Program-made: the position numbers and the translations under genes | Part shown: positions 52,882-64,000 of the stretch, piece by piece | Layout: each line of letters starts with the position of its first letter | Position numbering within the stretch: the first letter of the stretch is position 1 | Notes under the pieces: model-generated | The model's database searches: none | What the model was told of the DNA's origin: nothing | Seen by the model: the letters and a program-made list of their open reading frames with translations, nothing else | Origin: Chrysomallon squamiferum | Lineage: Eukaryota > Animalia > Mollusca | NCBI GenBank assembly: GCA_012295275.1 | Contig: CM022666.1 | Coordinates: 1-64,000, forward strand | Reading direction: 5' to 3' | Length of the DNA stretch: 64,000 bases

Positions 52882-55241
52882 ATGTATGTATGTATATAAA
52901 TTTGTACTTAATCACAGACATAACAAGTTGTTCTGAGCTGCAGAAATGTAACAGTCAGTACACTGACGGAGAATACTGGTTGACAGCACCGGGACTTGGC
53001 GGCAAAGGGGTTAAAATTTACTGTCACAACATGTCTTCACCGCAGCCATCCGAGTTTGTAACGCTGGAAACCAGTGCGGTGATAGAGAACCGAGGAAACG
53101 GAAACGTGGAATGTGGAGTCAACTACAACGACTCTGACGCCGTCTGCTGCGGAAAACAAGAATGGAGGAAAATAAAACTTATCGATTTGAAGGTAATTGT
53201 TTAAGTCTTGTGACAGTGCGTGCTGCTGTTTAAAAACATGTTAATAAACTAGTCTGATAAAGAAAAGCAAAGAAAGAGACGCACGGTGATAGACATTGAC
53301 AGAAAAGTGAATACTAGCTGAACAAACAGACTGACCGACAGACAAATAGATAAACAAAGAGACATACAGATAAAGAAATATATACAGACAAATGAATGAG
53401 CTGTTGGATGGATGGATGGTGAGACAGATGGATAAATAGACAGAGAGAAAGAAAGAGCTAGAAAGACGGAAGAGATTCACCAAGGTAGACAGAAACGAAG
53501 GGTTAGAAAATGAAAGAGAGAAAGAGAGATACAGAAAGTGAGAGTGAGAACCAGACAAATAGAAACACTATTAAAGTAAAAATGTATTAACATGATATGA
53601 ACTGTAGTGAAATAAGCTCCAACTTAGGTGTATTCATTGATCACAGTTATACTTTCAGTCATTTCATTAACGAATCATGTGTACTTTAAAATTTTATATA
53701 TCGGATTCTTCTAGAGCATGTTAATCGATGTAAAAACGTTCCACGCCTTTACCCAGAACAACACCTGTGGAAGCCGTTCTAGTTTTGGCACCAGTTGCGA
53801 CTGTGGTAATTATTTGAAAAACTGCACCGGCGAGTTGACAGGCAGCCTGTTCTTCTTCCTTCTCTATTCCACTGGCTTAAGACTTAACCCATCCGTAAGT
53901 TTGCATTTTAATCAACTTAGAGTGGTTAAATGTGAACAAGAGCTGATTACATGTGAGTTTGTGCGTATGTATGTATTTGTGTTTGTATGTGGGCGTACAA
54001 ATATCCGTAAGCACCCATCTGTGTATATAATTATAGAACGTAATTACCAAGTGATAAAAAGAACGTATACCTAATCATGCAAATAAAAATAAAAGTTCTA
54101 TAACAATTTTTCATTTACTTAAAGGTTTTCGCTTGTAGGTAATATTGGTATCGGATGGAAATTATACAAGTATGGATGTAACGCTTAATGAACAGTTGCT
54201 GAAAATATTTTTTGTGGGTTCAGAACATCAATGCTCTTCTTACTTCGTACACAACGAATCATTTACTCTTTTGGAAAATCTCGCATACTGTAAGTTATCT
54301 CTGATATTCTTACCTCTAAGGTATCTATGATATTATTACCAGTAAGTTATCTATGATATTATTACCTGTAAGTTATCTATGATATTATTACCAGTAAGTT
54401 ATCTATGATATTATCACCTGTAAGTTATCTATGATATTATCACCTGTAAGTTATCTATGATATTATTACCAGTAAGTTATCTATGATATTATTACGTGTA
54501 AGTTATCTATGATATTATTACCTGTAAGTTATCTATGATATTATTACCTGTAAGTTATCTATGATATTATTACCAGTAAGTTATCTATGATATTATTACC
54601 AGTAAGTTATCTATGATATTATTACGTGTAAGTTATCTATGATATTAAGGTATCTATGATATTAAGAGTGACACATAGAGAATGGGAGAGAGAGAGAATG
54701 AAATAGAGATATTAAGAGTGACACTGAGAATGGGAGAGAGGGAGAGAATGAAATAGAGATATTAAGAGTGACACTGAGAATGGGAGAGAGGGAGAGAATG
54801 AAATAGAGAGACATATTAAGAGTGACACAGAGAGAACGGGAGAGAGAGGGATAATGAAATAGAGATATTAAGAGTGACACAGAGAACGGGAGAGAGAGGG
54901 ATAATGAAATAGAGATATTAAGAGTGACACAGAGAATACGGGAGAGAGAGGGATAATGAAATAGAGATATTAAGAGTGACACAGAGAATGGGAGAGAGAG
55001 GGAGAATGGAATACAGAGAGAGATCACTACGATGACTTTTACAGATTTTTGTTATTGTACAAAATTTATTTCCCAGTTTAAATATAGCTGGAAAAAGGAG
55101 TAGCTTTCTTATAATCACATCAGATTATATAGATAATGATTCTCGGTTTCATTTTTTTAAATCTTAATTTTCTTTTTTTCTTGAGGTCCACCTGTTGATT
55201 CTGCTATAGTTCCACAATGTCGGACACCGGAAACGACTTAA
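47287..55241 (+). CDS. Secreted mosaic lectin A: signal, PAN/Apple, short Cys module, sushi, C-type lectin, sushi, sushi, GON-like domain (~646 aa, 11 exons)
   Basis: Exons 47287-47601, 48014-48104, 49586-49756, 50374-50524, 51161-51369, 51790-51960, 52231-52401, 52918-53192, 53715-53894, 54139-54289 and 55186-55241 join in frame. PAN: [19 protein letters not shown]: YWIGLND...EPD...ENC. GON-like: SCSELQKC...DGEYWL...KIYCHNM...PSEFVTL. Confidence 0.88.
48105..48780. repeat. 28-bp intronic minisatellite, ~24 copies
   Basis: Unit GTAGAAACAAGTAAAACTCACAGTATAA, starting at the exon 2 splice donor of lectin A. Confidence 0.96.
48950..49330 (+). mobile_element. Possible highly degraded non-LTR RT fragment
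   Basis: Scattered motif-like pieces in the expected order (HNNLL, NIEKVY resembling DIEKAYD, VQLG, FTDD) with many stops and indels. Confidence 0.3.
54288..54660. repeat. 26-bp minisatellite containing the splice-donor hexamer GTAAGT, ~14 copies
   Basis: Unit CTGTAAGTTATCTATGATATTATTAC; the first copy overlaps the exon 10 donor at 54290. Confidence 0.95.
54661..55020. repeat. ~48-50-bp purine-rich minisatellite, ~7 copies
   Basis: Unit approximately ATTAAGAGTGACACAGAGAATGGGAGAGAGGGAGAATGAAATAGAGAT, directly abutting the 26-bp array. Confidence 0.93.
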
Positions 55242-55785
55242 AGTTTTCTTTTCTTTTGAAACATCGACGACAACGTCACCACAGATAATTTAAAAATAAA
55301 ATAAAATCACCAACAACAAAAAAATTAAATATAAATAATAAAGTGTGTATACATATATATACGCATACGATACATACATACATACATACATCAGTAAAAT
55401 AATAAGTTAAAAGTGCCACACGACAGATACCGAATAGATACACATTTCCCTTTATACGACATATAATGTTTCCAGGATATTCACGTTAAATTAATGTCGA
55501 AAAATATTGCCTATATAACTATATACAACATCTATATATACGTATACACATACTTACATTTGTATCAACATATCTTAGATATTTAGAATGATTTAGAATG
55601 ATACATTTGTAATAAGTGTGGACCAAAGTATGTCAACTATTGGTTTCTGTATCTTTGTTTCATTTTAATATATTTCCTTGCACTTTCACAATTTAAATAG
55701 CAAACATACGTAAACTTTTCTGTTTCATATTAAATAAAAATTAAATGTTTTCAAATAATCTGTAGAATTAGGTTTTTCGAGGGTC

Positions 55786-55816
<31 letters not shown>

Positions 55817-58294
55817 TTTGTTTCAGTACATGTTGGGTCGTAGGACGTTTTCAATACACTATTATTACTGTGCACGCACCAAGTGTTTCCTAAGAGCAGC
55901 GTCAGCCTTGTGCTTTATCTGTTACATAGTATCTGTCTCATTAACATGATTATTCATAAGCTAACAAATTACAATAGTCTGTCTCGGTGTAAATCTATTA
56001 ATTAATTAAATAATATATTTAAATTACTTTAACCATTAGTGATGTTTAGATACTACTACAAATGTTGATTAATAATGCAATATATTAAAACTGTTTTAAC
56101 GTTTAGATACTACTGTGAATTTAAAGGCAGACTACTGAACCAAAATAATGATTATTAGTAATCAAGAGAATTAACTCTTTACTATTCGCTATCAAAATAA
56201 GCTAATTAGTGTCTAGTTATAAATGTTATTTATTTCAACTTATTTTTCTTTACAACGTCCGAATTGTTTTATATGACAAGTAAATGTAATTTGTGTTATG
56301 TGTTGTGATTCACAATTATTATTTTTGGTTTTTCTCTTATAGAAAATAAAGCGTGTTTAAAACTTGTGTTTGTTTTGTAGAAAATCAATGGTTCTAACGT
56401 TTGATTATCGTTAAGTCTATGTAGTATGTATTATCTATTTCATTACTTCCCCTCCAAGCTTTTTATTTTATTTATTTATTATTATTATTATTATTACTAT
56501 TTCTGTTATTATTATTATTGTTATTATTATTATTATTGTTATTATTTATTATTATTTTAAATAACTTGGAAATGTATTTCTTTTATCTTTTGAGACAAAT
56601 TAATTTGTAACAATAGCATTAGGATAATAAGAAACATACGCGCATGTGTACAAACCTATCAGACACACGCACATGTACTCACCAAACACACGTGCATACA
56701 TAGACTTACACGGGCAAATACGTATATTTGATTTTTTACGAAACTTAACTGAGATTGAGTTTCAGAGTCTGTTCTTAATGAGAAATATATTAGATATAAT
56801 CATTTTGAAATGCGTTGAATTCATCACACTTTGGTCGATCGATATTACGAACATATCAAAAATTTGTGATTGTAATTAACTTCCTAGTAAATTGTGTTGA
56901 AAAAAATGTTTGACATTTATCTGCGAGACTGAACTAAATCATTCTATCAAATAAATTATTAGCTGTTCAAGAATATATAATTCTAAAACCGTTTTATGCT
57001 GGTAATTTAATTTCTGTAAGTGTGTATTTATATCTATGTATATGACTGCATGTATGAATATGTGTATGTATGAATCTATATATTTGTCTGTATGTATATT
57101 TTGTATGTAAATATGAATAGTTGTGTGTGTGTCTCTGTGTGTATATGTATATAATTAAACATAAATGTGTATTTATGCATATGTAATAGTATTTAAGTAA
57201 TAGTTATATGTCTCCGTTTAAATGAAATTTGAACGACTGCTTACTCCAATATCAGAAAATTCTCGAATTCTGTTTACATGTGCTCAAAGCAAACACGTTT
57301 TGGGTGGGAAATAAAAGAGTGAGAAAACAAAATCACTTATTTGTTTCCAGTCACTAAGCATTCTCATCAGGTATTCTTATATTCATTCCTATTTTAAGAA
57401 ACCACTCTAAAAGTTCAGTTCACAAGCTGGGATTGTTATATTTATCTTGTTATTACTGTCTTTTGTTGTTATATATAGAATAAAAGAGATCAATTGTTTT
57501 CAGTGACAAAGCTTTTAAACTCGACTGAATGGTCTTAACTCGATTTTTTCTGCTTGTTTTTTGTTTCAGGTTTTCTTTTTCTTTTTTTCTGCTATAAATT
57601 TTTTCTTTTCCGTGCATTGTTTTAAATGCTTTTTTCGGTAGACGAAGTAACAATAAAACGAGGATTAATAATTTCCACAACGAAGCGTTCAGAGAGGCTT
57701 ATTCAAACAGATTGTTAATTTTTAACAATCATAGCTCTTTTTTTCTGCCAGGAAACATCTATAAAAGTTCAAACGTCGCTTTGAAATTGTTACTGAAATA
57801 TATATATATATTTTTTATTTTATTTTATTTTTAGCCATAGTTCAATTATTCGAGCATTTACCAGTTCGTTTTATCTGTTAGTTTGGAGACAGCTTTCAAA
57901 CAAGGAAAGATCTCTGAAACGTTATTATAAAATTGTTCTTCATACCAACTAGCATAATTTCTTTGACAGATCAGTGATTCAAAGGGAATTGCAATTTAAT
58001 TAACTCTTACTTCAATACACTATTGTTTGATCTTTCTAGTACTTTTCATTTAAGGAAATTTGCTTAAAATTGTTTTTCTTCCGAGCCAGTAATATTATTT
58101 TCTATAATCAAGGATTAAAAAAACAACCTCTGAACGATAATTTAACAAGTGACAACAAACCGTCTGCTCCATCAGTATGCGGATTTCGTTTTCTAACGAT
58201 GTACAGTTCTGTGAAGTTCTTTGAATCCTCCTTTGATTACAGAAAATTTCAGTTTCTTGAACTTTAGATAAAATATTTTGATAACATTAACAGT

Positions 58295-59034
58295 ATGAAG
58301 AAAATAGTTTCATTTATTATAATTTTTATATATTTTGTACACCTGAACGCTAATGTACCAGCTTGTACAAATCCTGAAAATATGAATTTTCTCTTCAAAA
58401 ACAAACACATGATTAACGCCACGTTTGACGTCATACAAAACACTGGACTGGTGAGCTGCGCGTTCGAATGTGAGATCCGGAAAAAATGTAAATCATTCAG
58501 TTTTGAGTACGTCAGTGGAAAATGTTCACTTTATGATACCCGGATTCAGCAGTCGTTGATTCGTGTCAAACCAGGAACAGATTTAAGTAACATACAAGAC
58601 TGGCCTTCAGTAAGTATATATCATTTTATAACATAAATATTGGCTTAAAATGTATTATCTTATGATAAATTATATATATATATACACACACACACACATA
58701 CTTACGAACGAACGAATATATATACATATTACGTAAAACAGACATGTTTTCCTTTCAATATTGAACTGAAACATACTGATTTAAATTAATATATTTACTT
58801 TTTTAATATTTTTGTTTTTCAGAGATTCGCTGGACCGTGTGAAAATCATAACTGTTCTGATTATGAAGTTTGTCACGTGACTAGAATACATACAGAATTA
58901 TGTCTCACAGCTTGTAGGCATCATAACCGTACAGACATAATAATAACAATAATAATGACAATGATAACAATAAAACAGCAATAATTATTATTAATACTAC
59001 TCTTCTTCTTCTTCTTCTTCTTATTATTATTATT

Positions 59035-59090
<56 letters not shown>

Positions 59091-60376
59091 CCGGTTGTTG
59101 TTTTTATCAAAGCTACGCTCAATATAAAACCTTGATTGACTGCACTAAATCTCATTTTCTGTGACCACTTTTTAGTGGAAATACATTCATACATTTTATT
59201 CTATTCAAATTTAACAATTTTTTTTTCTCTCCGATTTTCAGCTTTTTAAGAAAAAGCAAAACAAAAGAGAACTAAAAACCATTAGTAAATACTATCAAAT
59301 ACAGCTTAGCTACAAAAAGTGCAACTGAAACTCAGTCAGGCTAACAAGTTTAATTACTGAGTGAAAGAAACATTTAATGAATTTTACGATTACGTTTGGC
59401 ACTGAGTGAAAGATGGGTTTAACTAAATATTATACAGAAAACACAAGCACAACTGAACAATAATAACAACAACAACAACAATAAAAACAGCAACAAAAAC
59501 AGCAACAATAACAATAACAACAACAACAGAATAACAATAACAATGACAGCAATATTAATAATAATAATAATAACAGTAATAATAATAATAATAATATCTC
59601 TACACGTATTAAATGATTGTAATTGCACATTTTCATTTAATACCAACAAGTATGTTGTGTCTCAAATTAATATGACGTAGTCTGTGTTATAATGTACCTA
59701 AAAGATACAGTCACTTATTGAACAGCCTTTGCTGAATAAGTAAAAACTATCTAAATAGAGATATTTCTACTCTTACTTTGGTATGCAGACAATTACTTAC
59801 TAAAACACGGGATTTTCTCGAATGTTTTATTTCAGATTTCGAACTCACTGTGTCAGGTTGCTCTGAAGACGACCTGGTTAATTGTTTTATTTTCTTTACT
59901 AGACTGTCTTGAAAATAGTTAAAATATATAATGTTATTAATTCTAATATAGATCTTTACTTACTATTGTTGTAGACTGTCCAGAGCCTCCTGTCGTGCAA
60001 CACGCCACAGCTAATTTCACTACAACTTTTGAGACGACTAAAGTCGGAAGTCGTCTGTCGTACGTGTGTGATACAAACTTCAAACCGGAAGGAGAACGAA
60101 TCTGTCTGAAGAATGGAAGCTGGTCTAACTTTAGATGTGTGCCTAGTTAGTTTATTTTTTATATTACATTTCTTTATATTGATTATTTACAATAACAGAA
60201 ACATAAATTACTACTGTAATTATCAATACCACCACTACCACCTACCTCTACTATATTACTACTACTACAATTTCAGCTACTACTACAGCAAGTAATACTA
60301 TTACTTCTACCACTACTAATACCAGTACAACCAATACAACTATTACTTCTAGCGGTGGTGGTGGTGGTGGTAATAA

Positions 60377-60449
<73 letters not shown>

Positions 60450-60873
60450 CGAAGTGGTTAAAATAATAATAATTATTACTCGTATTACTCTTGCAAATAC
60501 ATTATACATTCAAGGATATGTCTGTTTATCCCAGCTGAATTTATCTAATTTTTTAATATTTGTTTTATCACGCAAATTATTTCTTTTGCCAGAACCTTGT
60601 CAAATGCACTGTATGCCAAATCAGGCAAAATGCTTTGTAGTGTGTTCGTTCAAAGTCAAATGGCATGATGCTCGAATTTTCTGCAGAAATTTAAGAGGGA
60701 AAAATAACAGTACTTTGGCAGATATCAGAACAAAAGAGGAATACAATTTCTTGAAAGGAATACTGAAGTAAGTTGGGTTTTTTTTTTTTTTTAATTAAAT
60801 TGTGGTCTTTGAATTATTAAACATATTCTTTCTAAAGCGTGTCTTTCTATCAGTTAGTGTTTCACTCCTTCTA

Positions 60874-60969
<96 letters not shown>

Positions 60970-61247
60970 ACTCTCTCTGACTTCATAATTATGATTACAG
61001 GATTGGACTAATATACTGGATTGGACTCAACGACAGACAGAAGGAAGGGTCTTGGGTGTGGATTGATGGAACAAACAGCGGTTTTTTTAAGTGGATGGAA
61101 GATGAACCGAACGGAAGCACAAATCAGAACTGTGCGTACTGGAATATCAGAGGCGAATACAGAAGTGCGTGGTGTCTTCTCAAACGTCGTTTTGTGTGTC
61201 GAGTCGCAACCACGCCTACAGCTGACACCAACGACAACAGCGGTTAA
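58295..61247 (+). CDS. Secreted mosaic lectin B: signal, PAN/Apple, short Cys module, sushi, C-type lectin (~332 aa, 5 exons); tandem paralog of lectin A
   Basis: Exons 58295-58609, 58823-58913, 59975-60145, 60593-60767 and 61001-61247 join in frame with the same phases as lectin A exons 1-5. CTL: YWIGLND...WMEDEPNG...NC...FVCR, then a stop after [12 protein letters not shown]. Confidence 0.9.
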
Positions 61248-63028
61248 AAGGGAGCTGAAAATGAACTAGCCCTGGTTAATGTAATTAAACCTGAAATAAG
61301 TGAAAATTAAACTATGTTAGTTAAAACTGCACTATGTGAAGGCTATGCAAAATCAGTTTACCAAAACGTCTACTGAAGATGAAAGTTAAATTTAATAAAA
61401 CTTAATCAAAAAAATAAATATGTATATATATATATATATATTTACGTATTTATAACGTACACATAATATAACGTCACAAAGAACCAATGTATAATTATTT
61501 TATTCGGTACAGTTATACGCTGTTATAGGGGAAGTGTACGTATACTGAAGCTTTGCCTATTTTGAAACTCTGGCATTTCTCAGCCTCTCATTTTTCGAAA
61601 GGGATTTTGCCACAACTGTGTGATATCTCGGTCAACATCGAATATTCTCGGAATTCCCTATATTAACCACTTTGTCCTTATATTGAAGCCCGACAGAGTC
61701 CAGTGTAAGTCACAGGGGCTCTAAACTGAATCTTTGTCGATTTTTTTTAACTAGTCCACAAAATTTGGCATTTATAAGTTAAACCTTTTTTTTAGTTACT
61801 TTAAGGCATCTAACATCTATCAACTAGGACTAAACTGATCTTCAGTAATTCCATGTGGAGTCAGAAATGAAGGTCAGAAGTTAGGGAGTTCAGTACACAT
61901 ATACTTTTTAAGTAGGTTATCTTAAGCGCTTATTTCTCAGTAAGCAGTTTTTACGTATGATATTTCAGTATAATACTTCACGTGTTATGTTTCAATAAAA
62001 ACTAATTGCTGTATTATTTTGTTAATTTGTTTTTGACAGATTCTAAATTTGTAACCAGTCGAACATGCTAAAATCATTCACACAAGAATTGTGCTACTTT
62101 ATGATTATTTTGTATGTCGACATTATAAAACTTAGAATGTGATTATTGCGTTTTCAAGAAAATATTATTACTTCGTTTTATTTAAATCAACACGAAATAG
62201 TTATTGATATATATATATATACACAGAAAGACACACACATACACACCCAGACATACATATATATACATACAAACATACAAACATATATAGATATATACCT
62301 GCATACATATATAGATACATACATACATAGATACATACATGCATACATACATACATGCATGCACACATACATACTGGTATACTCGCACACTTACATACAA
62401 ACAGACAGACATACACAAACAAAAATATTCACATACATACATTTATATTTTCACTGACTGGAGTAGGGTTACCAAGCTGGCTGTTGAGTGAGTGGTATTG
62501 TGTCCTGATACCTTCCTTAATACACACCTGCCAGTATGGCTTTTTGTCTGTTGTCGTTGTTGTTGTTGGTGATGATGGTGTTGACGTGATTCGCAGGTCG
62601 CTATGATTGTCCTCGGTTATCAAATAAAAATTTTATTTGTAGACCAGCGTCTGCCTTCAGCACACGCACACACACACGCATACACACGCATACACACACA
62701 ACACACACACACACTCACACACACACAACACACATGCATACACACACAACCCACACACATACACACGCATACACACACAACACACACACACTCACAACAT
62801 ACACACACACACGCATACACACACATACACACACAACACACACACACACACACACTCACTCACAACATACACACGCATAGAGACTGACACAGACATAGAA
62901 ATAAAGAGATTAATAGATAAAAAAGAAAAGTAATATCAATAACTGAACAACGCGGAGTTGTGAAAAACGGTCACATTGTTAAGACTGGTTTGTATGTCAC
63001 TAACATCTCTTTGTTCTTCTTCTTCTCG

Positions 63029-63098
<70 letters not shown>

Positions 63099-63243
63099 TT
63101 ATTTTCTTTTAACCTTCAATAGTTATTTACTATTGTTACTGCTGTTAGTTAATTAGAGAGAGAGAGAGAGAAACCTTTGAAGGTAACGTTTAATATAAAC
63201 AACGAATTCTAAATAGAAGAAGAAGAAGAAGATAAGAAGAAGA

Positions 63244-63274
<31 letters not shown>

Positions 63275-64000
63275 ATAAAAAGAAATTGATGTTATTTGCA
63301 GCGTACAATCATATTTTCCTTTACGGATACTGGGTTCAGTATCTTTTTGATGACAACTACAGTTATCGCCCTTTCAGTATTACTTCTCTTTTTTTTTCTT
63401 AAAATTTACTTTATTAAAAAAGAATCATATGAGTTTCTATGGAGCTTTGTTTCTATATTTATTACCTCTTTGACACAACTAAGTACATGTCGAATATATT
63501 AATAATTCATTGACAAGAAATTCAATACAAACAGAATATGTATTTAGGCTGTCCACATTTATGGTTTGGAAGAAAAAATAACACTCACTTTTTTTGCAAC
63601 CTTGTTCTTTTCATTACTTTCATGGCCACTATACTTCACATGTAAATGGCTGATTACCTACATCCTTTGTTCTCATGACAGATAGGAAGGTTTTATTTAT
63701 AGCAACAAAGTTCCAGAAACCTAGACAGAGCAGTATAGCGGCTGCAAGTCACAATGAACCCCGGGGCCAGAATTACCCCACCTTACACTTTATATAGACA
63801 CACACACACACGTATGATATGCGTGTTTCAGGTTTTTTTGTGTGTGTGTGTGTGTGCAGATTTCTGTTTTTTCTCTAAATATCTATTATTTAGTAGATAA
63901 GTCAATGTATAATTATATATTAAAGCTTAAATAAGTAATATTAAAAATAGAAAAAATGTCTAATTTTATTATGTTTCCGCAAAAATAGAACGAAAAGTTA

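Noticed and set aside
57340-57700. 75-aa Lys-rich ORF with a hydrophobic start, and a faint Crypton/DUF3504-like IPxxELN motif
   Set aside because: Non-ATG start, no splice support, and the similarity is too weak to call.
63755-63790. GGCCAGAATTACCCCACCTTAC resembles a pogo-type terminal repeat
   Set aside because: No partner TIR or transposase remnant was identified in the window.

Overview
AT-rich, intron- and microsatellite-rich animal genomic DNA, probably a mollusc or other lophotrochozoan (inferred from gene content and repeat motifs). It is not prokaryotic, and most ORFs in the supplied track are artefacts of repeats. From left to right: (1) the end of a CpG-rich ~374-bp tandem satellite array (1-~4985) with an eroded edge, followed by an inverted-repeat element and a small head-to-head TTAGGG/CCCTAA patch; (2) a 3-exon minus-strand gene, missed by the ORF track, for a 111-aa secreted Cys-rich protein with a GWFWWKKK motif, plus a diverged tandem paralog interrupted by an internally deleted Ty3/Gypsy element; (3) CTA-derived minisatellites flanking a decayed DNA-transposon ORF; (4) a complete 13-exon DAW1/WDR69 gene with an RFX X-box; (5) Tigger/pogo relics; (6) a secreted, possibly GPI-anchored berberine-bridge-enzyme-like FAD oxidase; (7) a DUF1647-type type II membrane protein; (8) two tandem secreted mosaic lectin genes (PAN, Cys module, sushi, C-type lectin, with two more sushi and a GON domain in the first) that show exon-restricted sequence homogenisation. 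All gene models were assembled by hand from GT-AG sites and phase checks; none is verified by transcript data or database search.
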